DNA of 64,000 bases from positions 124,001-188,000 of the forward strand of contig NGBS01000010.1 in assembly GCA_002245135.1 (NCBI GenBank), in the 5' to 3' direction. Positions 53,901 through 64,000 of this stretch are shown here, in pieces. The first letter of the stretch is position 1, and every line of letters starts with the position of its first letter. The notes under the pieces were generated by a model. The model saw only the letters and a program-made list of their open reading frames with translations. It was not told the DNA's origin and ran no database searches. The DNA comes from Proteromonas lacertae. Taxonomy: Eukaryota. A program made the position numbers and the translations under genes.

Positions 53901-56900
53901 TCAGTTGTTGATGATGAAAATCTTGAACATACTGAATCAGAGGAAGAAGAGGAAGATGAAATAGTTGATGGAGTATTTAAGATTAATTTCAATAATAATA
54001 AGAACTTCTTGAAAGAAGTAAATAGAATATCTAAATATGGAAGTGCAACAGTGAATGACAAGCCAGAATTAATATCATCAACATTGATTGAAGTAAATTC
54101 AAAGTTAATTAAATCAAAAATGAGTAATATTACAGAATCTGAATTCTATATTGATGATATAACCAAATTCTATGTTGGTCAAAAGATAAGAATATTACCT
54201 AATAGTCAACAGATAAATGATTATAATGATATCTTATTAGGAACTTACAATGTAACATCTTCACATTCTTTGTTATTAATATCCAAAGAACCATTATATT
54301 ATATTACATCAATGGATGATATAGTTAGAATCAATGGTAGATTATGTGAAATAATAAGTTACACTAATATAACAATTGAAATAGAAGAGAAATGCAGTTT
54401 CTTAGTTGGTGAACAACATATAGTCAGTAAATTGCCTAGAATTTACACAATTAAATCAGTAAGAAAAGAAGATGAGACTGTAGAATCAAATAAAAGAGGT
54501 TTTATTGTATTAGATCAATTATTGGATATAAAGAGAAGTGATAATGATAATGTGAATTTGAAATTAGCATTTTATGAAATGGATGGAATAAGATTCTTAA
54601 TTCATTATGATAATCCTTATCAAAAGATGGATCCAATTCAAATAAGAACAATTCCTGATTTATCAGAAAATGAATTACATAATTTAATAACAATATCTCA
54701 TGGTTTTATATCCAATTATACTTTAGAAGTGATTTATCCAAGATATTTGAATTATTTATATTATTTCCAAATACAAGCTTATTCAATCTACAATGATGAA
54801 GTGTTGTATTCTGAACCGTCTTTACCATTACCAACCTGTTATTTAGTTGCAACACCTCCAAAACCATTGAATTTTGAAGTGAGTAGATCAAATCATGTAG
54901 ATGAAATACAAAGAATTACTTTATCATCAAAATTCATACCAGAAATAAGAAATATCTCAGTAACAGCTCCATTTATTAAAGAAATACAAACAATACATAC
55001 AACTGCTAAACAAGGTATGAATCATACATCAGATTTTGATATTTATTTAACACTTCCAGAATCTCCTTACAAGAAAGATAAAACAGATGATGACAAAGAA
55101 ACAATAAGTGTTTCAATGAGAAATACTATATATCAAGTGAGATTAACAGATATAGAAGGAAATTTACCAACAGGAAGATTTTATTTAATAGAAGAATCGT
55201 TAGATGATGATGAAGAAGAATTATATAAAAGAGAAAGAACAAGAAGAATGAATGAAGATACAACTGAAAATGATGATAATGATAATGAGGTTCAGACTCC
55301 AAGTGATATTAAAACTACACATATATGTGTTGATCTTGAGGATGATAATAATTTGAATTTATTATATGCAAAAGTATACAAAGAAATAACCAAAGAAAAT
55401 GAAATTGTTTATTCATTTATCTATGATAATCCTTCAATGATGATAAATGTAACTAATCATGAATTTTGTGTATTAAATGAAGGAAGTAATTATGAAGTAG
55501 ATTATAATTGTAGAGATTGTGATTATTTATCATCTGATATAAGTGAAGAAGATTTGAAATATCGATTTGATTTTATCCCTTTAATAGGTGATATAACAAT
55601 ACATCGTAGTGTAGAAGATATTTTTAATGGTTATTTCTGGACAGTTTATTTTGATAGTTATGTTGGTAATTTCGATGATATGAAATGTGAGGTAAAAGAT
55701 AAAGAAAATACTTCATGTGATGTTAGAACAATACAAGATGGTAATGAAATAGGAGGTAACTTTAGTTTATCAATAAAAGATGAAGTTGGAGCAGTTACAA
55801 CATGTAATTTAGATAGTAATTTTGATGTGGATGAATTGATTGAATGTTTACATTATAATATTGAAGTATTTAAGAAAGAAGAAGATGAGAATATTATGGG
55901 TCATACATGGTTAATTACATTCATAGATGATAATATTGGTGATATTGAAGAATTTACATTCAATTCTTACAATTTGTTAGGTGTAAATGTAACTCTATCA
56001 ATAGAAACAATTCAAAATACAAATTATCTAAATGGAAGTTATAATTTGATATATAATGATGAATCAACAGTAGATATAGAATATGATACAACATCTGAAA
56101 GAATAAAAGAAGCACTAGAATCATTGGAGAGCATTAATAGAGTTGATGTATTATTAAAAGAAGTCAAAGTGAATTATAGAAGTTATGATATAACATTCAT
56201 AGACACTAAAGATGAAAGTGAAGATGTGGAGTTATTAAGATATAATAATAAATTGAATGGAATTGATAGTTCAATATTAGTTCAAGAAGTAGTGAAAGGA
56301 GCATCACATAATGGAAATGAATTAAGTGTAAGTTTTGAGCCATCTTCAACATTAACATCATTATTGAATGGATATACAATTAATTATGAAGAAATTGATT
56401 TAAAGAATAAGAATGTACTTAGATGGAAAGAAGAACCATTAGTATTAAATGATACTGAATTTATGTACAGAATTGAAACAATTGAATGTAAAGGAAATAG
56501 TCCAAAATATCCTTGTGGAAAATCACCATCAGATACATTCCAATTACAATTCGGAGATGAAATGACTGAAGAAATTCCATATAATGTTGATGTGATGAAA
56601 TTGAGATTAATTTTAGAAAAATTAAATGGAATAAAAGCTGTATCAGTTAAGAGAAGATCAATCGGATTAATGTCTGAAAGAATTGGTAGATTAGAATCAT
56701 ATAAAAATAATTCAGATATTCCTAATATAGAATTGAATGAAGGTTATAATCCAAGTAGAATGTGGATAAATGGACATGAATATTGTATGAGAGGAAGATA
56801 TTTCACAGAATGTAATTATCCATATGGTAAAAGACATCCACCAGAAAAGACTGATATTTATATAGATACAGGAATAAGATGGGAAATTACCTTAATAGGA

Positions 56901-59900
56901 ATATCATCAGAAATAATAAACAACCCATTAATCAAATTATTCTCTCATATTGACAACGAAAATACTCAATTGAGATTATACCATCAGAAGTGTAATAAAT
57001 GTTATTATATAAAATCATTAACAGCTGGTAGAACATATAATGTATCATTAACACCTGAAACTGGATATTTATCAGGTATTCCAAGTTATACAGTAGGAAT
57101 TCCAATGCAAATACCTGATAAGCCAATCATAACATCATTTGATGTAATATCAATGAAAAGATTAGAAGTATATTGGAAAGAACCAGAATCAAATGGTGGA
57201 TCAAATATAACATATTTTGATGTTGAATTATGTACAAATGAATATTTCACTAATTGTGTTTATCAATTGAGAGTGAACTATAATCAGAATATATCAGATT
57301 ATCATTCAGTATTTTATGAATTGAAAGAAATCAATTATTGGGTAAGAATAGCAGCAAGAAATGAAGTTCCACCTGAGAAGATAGTAGTAAGTAAAGAGAA
57401 TGAAATAGATAATACAAATTGGGCAGTAGAAGGACCAATAATGCCAATTAATATATCACCATTTAAACCATCCAAAGTAGAAGCATTTAATATAAGAAAT
57501 GATACAATTAGATTAATGATAAGTGAACCATTTAGAAAAGGAGGATTAAAATTAGAGTATTTTGATGTAAAGTATTGGATAAAAGAAGATGAAGATAAAG
57601 TAAATCCAATAGTGAATGAAATAAGCTTAAAAGTACCAAATATAACTAGATTTAAAACAAAATATCATTATAGACAGTATTTATATGACATTGATGGTTT
57701 AATACAAGGAAAGAATTATTCATTTATAGTAAGAAGTGTTACAAATAGAGAAAATGGATTTATTAGTAATTATACTGAACCAATATATGAAGTACCAAGA
57801 AATGTTCCAGATATTCCAAGAAATTTAACCGTTTTATCACATAATTTAAATGATGAGATAGATCCATATTCGTTGAGAGTTAGTTGGAATAAACCAGTAA
57901 ATGATGGTGGTTATGAAATAACTTATTATGTATTACAGTATTATAAATCAAATATAACAATACCAACCAAACATTCAATATCTTGTACAAGTGATATATT
58001 ATTTAATGTTACTTATTATCCATATGTGAATGAAACTGTAAAAATAGAAAATCTGAATGTTAGTAATAATCCATATCATATAAGAAAAACAATTATGAAA
58101 TCTCATTCATATTTTAAACCAATTGAAATAGTATATGACTCGTTTAACCAAATTAATATAACATATGAATGTAATACAAATATAAGTGGTGGAGTAAGAG
58201 ATATTAAGTTAGAAAGTAATGATTTAAGATATAAATGTTCATTTAATAGAATTAATAATGGAAGTAGAGCTGGAGGTTATCATCGAATTAATTCATTTAT
58301 ATTATATGGAGATAAAGTAAACAGTTGGTTTAGACCAATCATAGGAAATAAAAAAGAAGAAGGTAATTTAGTGAAGTATGAAAATTGTAAAGAAAGTGGA
58401 AGATTATTAGCTGAATCATTAAGTCATATGAAGTTAATAGGTGGAGAAGTAAATGTAAGAACTAAGACTTTAGAAGAAGATGAATTATCATTGAAATGTT
58501 ATTTTGAAGTAGAATATGTAAAGAATTTCGAAGATGTAGAAAGATTAGATATAGAAGTAATGGATTATATGTCATTAAGATATGTAGAAATACCTGTATT
58601 AGATATATGTAATGATGAAGTTGATATGAATGAATTATGTAGTAATAATCATCCAAATGCACATTTTGCAGAAGTTCCTGAAGGTTATAAAGAAATAATT
58701 ATAAAGGAGAGAGATGAAAATGATGAACTTATAACAAAATATGAAATAAAAGATTTAATCGTAGGTCAACCATACAGAATAAGAATATTAGCTGTAAATG
58801 ATGAAGGATCAAGTTATCCATTAGAAATCAATAAACCATATATAATACCATTAGTTAGACCTGATCCACCAATGAATATAAGATTAAATTATACAAAGAG
58901 AAGAGATTGGTTATATTTGTATTATGATGAACCAAAATCAAGTGGTAATTTACCAATAATAAAATATGAAATAGAATGGTGTTATGATAAGATATTCTAT
59001 AATAGTCATTTATTTAGAGTTAATATAAGTAATGTAGTTTATGATAGTAATGATATAAGATGTCCAGAATATAATAATCCATTGGTTTATATCTTAAATA
59101 CAACAATAATTGCTAATAAACCTAAATCATTATTGATTGATGATGATGATTATGATAATTACATGGATAATTCTTACTTTACATTAGAAATAAAGATGAA
59201 AGATAATGATAAAATATATGAAACAAAACCAATTTCATTAAACAAAATAGTTGGTGAATCAAATGAAGAAAATGGTGATAATATATATGATTCTGAAGAT
59301 GAAAAATCAATTGGATCTTTACAATCAATATTATATGATCAATTACATTTATCCAATATAAATGTACAAAGATATAGTAATGAGAAGAATATGTATTTTG
59401 AAATAACATTCTTGGAAGAGAGTAATATTGAATATTTCATAGTAAAGAATGTAACAAATAAAAATATTCATTTAAATGTAAAGAATAACACTGGAGTGTA
59501 TTACAAATATTGTGTTGGTAAAGAAGATCAACCATTATTGTTAATAAATATAAATAAGAGTGTATTATACTATGTTAGAGTTAGATCAATGACAGTATTA
59601 GGATATAGTGATTATGGTTATGCATTGGAAGGAATAAAACCCAAAATAATCCCATCAGCACCAAGTGATGTTAGAGTGAAAGTATATAATGGAAGTAGAT
59701 TAATATTGACATATAATAGTCCAGTAGATTATGGAAGTGATGATATAGATTATTATGAAATAGAAATTGATAGAAATCCATTATTTAATTCTGAATCAAT
59801 GAGAATAATTAAAAATACTGAGTTGAAAGTGTTGAAAGATAGTTTTATAACTTATATTGACGATATAGAGAGTGGTATCAATTATTATATAAGAATAAGA

Positions 59901-60677
59901 TGTCATAATAGTGTTGGTTACAGTGATTATAGTGAAAGTTATCCTAATACAATAATAGCTTATAATAAACCATCCAAACCAATGAATTTATATATGAATA
60001 CAACATCTGATAGTATAATAACTGTTAGTTTTGATAAAGCATTATCTAATGGAGGTGATGTGTTATTATATTATCGAATTGAATGGTCAAATAAGAAAGA
60101 TTTCCATCCAATCATTGGAAGTGATAAAATAATTGATGATGGTAGTAATACATATCATTATTTAATGAAGAATTTAGATGTAAATAAATATTACTATGTT
60201 CGAGTAGTTAGTATTAATAAAGAAGGTGAAAGTAGTTATTCAACAATAAGAAATAGTTTAAAACCTCATTTGTGTGTTCCAGGTAAACCAATAATAAAAT
60301 TATTAGAAAAAGTGAATAAGAATACAATTCATATTCGAATATCAGGTCCAAATTTACCTTATCATGAGATAGAATGTGGTAATAGTGATAATAAAGTAGA
60401 ATCTTGTGGTTGTAATAGTAAAAATGAAATAGTGAATATATGTAATGGTGGTTCTAGAATATTATTTAATCGAATATATTTGAGTGATAAACCATCTTTT
60501 GAAAATGTTCGAGAATTTGATAGAGAAGTAATAACAAATAGTGAATATAGTGATGTGTATATAGAGAATGTGTTAAGTGGAAAATATTATTTGAAAGTGT
60601 CTTGTCATAATTCAATAGGAGGATCAAAATCAAATGATAAAGATGAGAATAATAATAAATTGGAAATAAAAATATAA
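23920..60677 (+). CDS. Giant (~12,240 aa) secreted FN3 / filamin-like / PA14 / EVQ-repeat protein ('titin-like')
   Basis: Signal peptide and an in-frame 30-nt intron at 23993-24022. Four track ORFs join through single-base shifts near 26623 (restores the FN3 motif YYRVALENNMG), 27084 and 44940, with coding-like linkers. Dozens of FN3 motifs (P..P...W..P..NGG..I..Y.IEW; YY.RV.A.N..G). Confidence 0.85.
23993..24022 (+). other. 30-nt in-frame GT-AG intron right after the signal peptide
   Basis: GTATAAAAATCGTATTAATTTGTTTAATAG. The track reads through it as GIKIVLICLI. Removal gives ...LVQCS|VVPES. Confidence 0.75.
29576..29990 (+). other. PA14 domain 1 of the giant protein
   Basis: GGLLGKYYNN..TRVDNELNFNW..VEWQGRLKPP..TCDDKCRLFID..LRVEY..LEWSS. 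Confidence 0.8.
32988..33455 (+). other. PA14 domain 2 of the giant protein
   Basis: GGLLSYYY..TRIDNSLNMNWG..FTVRWEGYI..GGDKLMIYIN..IKIEY..LYWNS. Confidence 0.78.
36268..36685 (+). other. PA14 domain 3 of the giant protein
   Basis: GGLIGNYYDN..DSLIDFKW..SIKWNGYI..KADDGVEV..IEIKY..LYWRS. Confidence 0.8.
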
Positions 60678-60685
60678 TTTGTTTT

Positions 60686-60703
60686 ATATATATATATATA
60701 TAT
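60686..60703. repeat. (TA)n microsatellite just after the giant gene; similar (TA)n and (AAT)n tracts lie in introns at ~20507-20546 and ~21225-21243 and at 22921-22941
   Basis: Read directly from the sequence. Confidence 0.85.
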
Positions 60704-61871
60704 ACTATTTTTTTGTAGATTTGTAATTCATACCTTATAAATTAATTAATTTCTTAGATATTGCATATATGAGATATTCTCATGAATAAAATAATAAAAT
60801 TTATATTCAATTATCATTTATACAACTAAAAAATATCATTCGAAAATTATGTAACGACTATATTTTTAGAATTACAAATTTGCATTTCTAATAAATCGCT
60901 AATTAGATTATTTTATTATTAGATATACAAATATATATTATATGGCATATCATAAGCAATCGATTGATGTAGTTAGATTTGATTTTTGTTTCATAATCAA
61001 AGATGATTTAGATTGTTGCCTGAAATGAGATATTGATATAATTGAGATGGGTATATACCCTAGTAAGTATATATAAATTATAGTTAGCTAAAGTCAATTC
61101 GTTTTGTATCAAGAGTACATTATAATACTCTGTATTAAGTGTATTAATACTATATTTATAGAAACAATGAATCAACGCATAGTATACTTCAAAGAAATTC
61201 CTAACCAGTATACTGAGAAGGAATTTGACAACATTCTCTTTAATGAGCAATAATTCAAAGACATATTAGAGATTGCAGTAGATATAAGTATATTATATAT
61301 ATTATATATATTTTAAATATCATTTAACATAATTTATGTGTTTCTGGGATAAGTTAATAATGTCAAAAAAATTCATTTAGCATTTACAATGTATATCAAT
61401 ACTTATTTAGAAATATTGTAAGTAAATTAAATATATTATGTATATATAGCTATATGATAGTTCCATTTTGTTTAGATTCTACAACTAAATCTACTTAATT
61501 AACACACTTTTCTATCTTATTTTCTTTCTAAAGATATCAATTAACAAATACTTTTGTACTAGCTGGTAAAAGTGAAATTAATTCATCGCCTAAAAGAAAT
61601 ATAAAACAAAATACCTATTTCATTTAGAAATTTAGTCGTTACATTATTCATTTTTCTCTCCTTTTTCATAAAATATACTATGAATGCGAAGTTTATCTTT
61701 CATTTTGTTATATATGCACTGCAATCTATTGATTTAAAACAAAAACAAACATTACATAATTTGATTAAAAAGCTATAAATAACAGATTAAAAACCATATC
61801 ATGTCAAAATAAACTATACTTATTTTTCATTTATCTATAAAATTACAACCCAAAACAACAACTGCACGAGA

Positions 61872-61921
61872 AAAACGAAAAATTCGATATATAAAATTCG
61901 ATATATACGGGTTTGACTGTA
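61872..61921 (-). mobile_element. Probable solo terminal inverted repeat of a pogo/Tc1-mariner-type element or MITE
   Basis: The minus strand reads TA|CAGTCAAACCCGTATATATCGAATTTTATATATCGAATTTTTCG: a TA target, a CAGT terminus and a 14-bp internal tandem repeat. No partner TIR was seen in the window. Confidence 0.45.
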
Positions 61922-62531
61922 CTTTTATTAACTTAACTCTGTTATATTAAATGTAGAAGTGAAACATTATTATTTCCTATTTTTTTATTCATTATGACTT
62001 ATTCTCACTTTAAATTCAATCTAAATCTCAATAAATATTAATAATATATACCACAAATTAGTTTTAGTAATCACTTCTGCATAATTCAGTGGGAAATAAT
62101 TTCTTTGTTGACAAAAGGGACAAATCAATAACTTACTTCTAAAATCAATTCTTTAAAACACAACCACAACTTGCTCCTTTGCATCTGATGGGTTGATAAG
62201 GTAATATAGCAGGCATGTCTTCTAGAATCTTAAATGGTGAGTATCTAGCAATACATAAATAACAAATAGATAAATACAAACAATTAGATGGTACATGAAT
62301 TATTCTTACTTCTATCTTAGTTGAAGGCCATATTCCCCACAAAAAACGAAGTCCGTCCTTATCTTCAGTTGATTATGTGTCATCAATGTTCATTCAAATT
62401 TTTATACCAGATTTTTTTCATATAACAATATACTTACAGAGAAAAAAAGGATTTTAAATTAATACAATTAATACAAATGTATTAAGTGTATTTGTTTCAA
62501 ATTTTCAAATTCTTCATTAATCGGAAAATAA

Positions 62532-64000
62532 ATGGATTTGAAATGTGGAATAGATTTAGGATCAAACTATTTAGTGTCTTCATATTTTCGAGATAGTTGT
62601 ATTGTTTTAGAAAATGAGTTGAGTAAAAGAAAGACTCCAGTAGGTTTAGTATATAAAGACATGCATTTACTGCTTGGTGATACAGGTAAATCAAGTGAAA
62701 GACGAAATTATAATATGAGCTTTTATAATATAAGCGATCTATACAGTTGTGTTTTTACCGAAAAATATAAAGAAAATCACCCTAAAATTGAGTTGGACAA
62801 ATATATAAAACACGAAAATAATCAATTTGAATACATAGGAATAAAGATGTTGAAAGAAGAAGAAGTCTACCCTGAAACAGTATTGCTAATACTAATAAAT
62901 AATATTCAAAAACAAATAAAGATGAAAAACAAAAATAAATCTCTCAGTTGTACATTTGCAGTTCCTCCGATTTATAATGAAAAAGAAGTAAGATATTTAT
63001 ATGGTTTGTTTAAAGAGATGAAAATCAGTTGTAATAACATAATATCTACTTCATTATGTGAAGCATTATCCTATGGATATGAAAATAATATAAAATATAA
63101 AGATAATGATAAAGAATATGTGATGATAGTTGATTGTGGTTATTTATACTCTTCAATAAGCTGTATAGAATACCAGAAAAATAGGTTGAGAATGGTGTAT
63201 GAAGAGAGTTATATGTATAGAGCAGGTGAAAAAGAAGATTTTCATTTGTTAGAAATATTAAATGAAAAAATAAAAAAGAGTGAAGAATTTAAGAATATAG
63301 ATATTTATTCATCTTCAAATTATTATTTAAAATGTAAAGAATCAATAATCAAAAACAAAGAAAAACTATCTGCAACTGGTGCTGATACTGTAAGTATAGA
63401 AATATCTGATTTATATAAAGATGAAGATTTTAGTACAACTCTTAGTGTAGAAGAAATAAATAATAAATTAAGAGAAAAGAATATAATCAGTTGTTCTTTA
63501 GCAACTATGATATTTCGTGGTTTTAAAGAATATGAAAGAAAATGTAAAGATTTTAACATTAAGCAATTTCAAATAGTTATTCAAGGAGGAACTTGTAGAA
63601 TTCCATTTATACAAGAATCAATCAATGGAATATTGGAAGGAAAAGGTGTAAAACCAAGTGTAATAAATCAAACTCTAAATCTGGATGAGAGTGTAGCAAA
63701 TGGATGTTCTTATTATGAATTAATAAAAAGTAAAACATGGAGATATGAAATAGAAGAGTTTAATCCAAATAGCATTACTAATAAAGATAAAAAACATAAA
63801 AATAAGCAATGCAGTAGAGATATAAAATTAGATAAATCAATTGAACTGAGTGTTGAAGAAATTAATCATATAAAAGAAATAGTAGATCAAGCAAATAATA
63901 TGATAAATAAATCAAAGGAAATAGATTTACTGTTGATGAAGAAAAACGAATATGAAGCAGAATTATATAGTATTCAGAATAATGTAAAAGGTACAGACAT
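62532..64000 (+). CDS. Divergent Hsp70/Hsp110-like protein, 3' end outside window
   Basis: Not in the ORF track. MDLKCGIDLGS..LENELSKRKTP..CTFAVP..ALSYG..MIVDCG..KEKLSA..IQGGTCRIPFIQE..TLNLDESVANGC..KKNEYEAELY. No intron seen. Confidence 0.85.
   Translation, partial: MDLKCGIDLGSNYLVSSYFRDSCIVLENELSKRKTPVGLVYKDMHLLLGDTGKSSERRNYNMSFYNISDLYSCVFTEKYKENHPKIELDKYIKHENNQFEYIGIKMLKEEEVYPETVLLILINNIQKQIKMKNKNKSLSCTFAVPPIYNEKEVRYLYGLFKEMKISCNNIISTSLCEALSYGYENNIKYKDNDKEYVMIVDCGYLYSSISCIEYQKNRLRMVYEESYMYRAGEKEDFHLLEILNEKIKKSEEFKNIDIYSSSNYYLKCKESIIKNKEKLSATGADTVSIEISDLYKDEDFSTTLSVEEINNKLREKNIISCSLATMIFRGFKEYERKCKDFNIKQFQIVIQGGTCRIPFIQESINGILEGKGVKPSVINQTLNLDESVANGCSYYELIKSKTWRYEIEEFNPNSITNKDKKHKNKQCSRDIKLDKSIELSVEEINHIKEIVDQANNMINKSKEIDLLLMKKNEYEAELYSIQNNVKGTD

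Noticed and set aside
24444..59409. Many 60-134-aa minus-strand ORFs inside the giant gene, and similar ones at 2947, 4358, 5315, 14414-18557 and 21532
   Set aside because: These are shadow ORFs opposite well-supported genes, with biased L/I/H/Y composition.
23920..60677. Stop-codon reassignment or readthrough joining the giant ORFs
   Set aside because: The junctions change frame rather than reading through. TAA, TAG and TGA all end genes here, and the 5-6k-aa ORFs contain no in-frame stops.
23920..60677. Calling the giant protein titin
   Set aside because: It has a signal peptide, PA14 and filamin-like modules, and no kinase or PEVK region. It shares only FN3 repeats with titin.
1..64000. 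tRNA, rRNA, CRISPR arrays, telomeric repeats, intact transposase or reverse transcriptase
   Set aside because: None was recognisable by eye. Small ncRNAs cannot be excluded without a covariance-model search.

Overview
Very AT-rich, gene-dense eukaryotic nuclear DNA using the standard genetic code, with tiny GT-AG introns (25-41 nt, mostly about 30). This pattern and a stramenopile-type giant FN3 protein suggest a Blastocystis-like stramenopile (inference). Block 1 (1-12943) is an uninterrupted run of 11 putative glycan-building or glycan-decorating genes: 2 OafA-like O-acyltransferases, 2 fucosyltransferase-like, GT92-like, GT77-like, 3 GT-A-like, a DUF229 sulfatase-fold protein and an FkbM methyltransferase. 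They are packed with stop-to-start spacers as short as 0, 4 and 12 nt. Block 2 (13492-23684) holds a ~2000-aa coiled-coil protein with SxIP motifs, a CAP-Gly/WD40 protein, a hypothetical gene and proteasome beta-4. Block 3 (23920-60677) is one nearly intronless gene that the ORF track splits into four at three single-base frameshifts. It encodes a secreted protein of about 12,240 aa with nested FN3, filamin-like, PA14 and 'EVQ' repeats. Block 4 is a gene-poor gap with a probable pogo/Tc1-mariner-type TIR remnant, followed by a divergent Hsp70/Hsp110-like gene that runs off the window. About 11 single-base frameshifts, mostly an extra A in A-runs, are most likely assembly errors. All family calls come from motif recognition by eye, not database searches.
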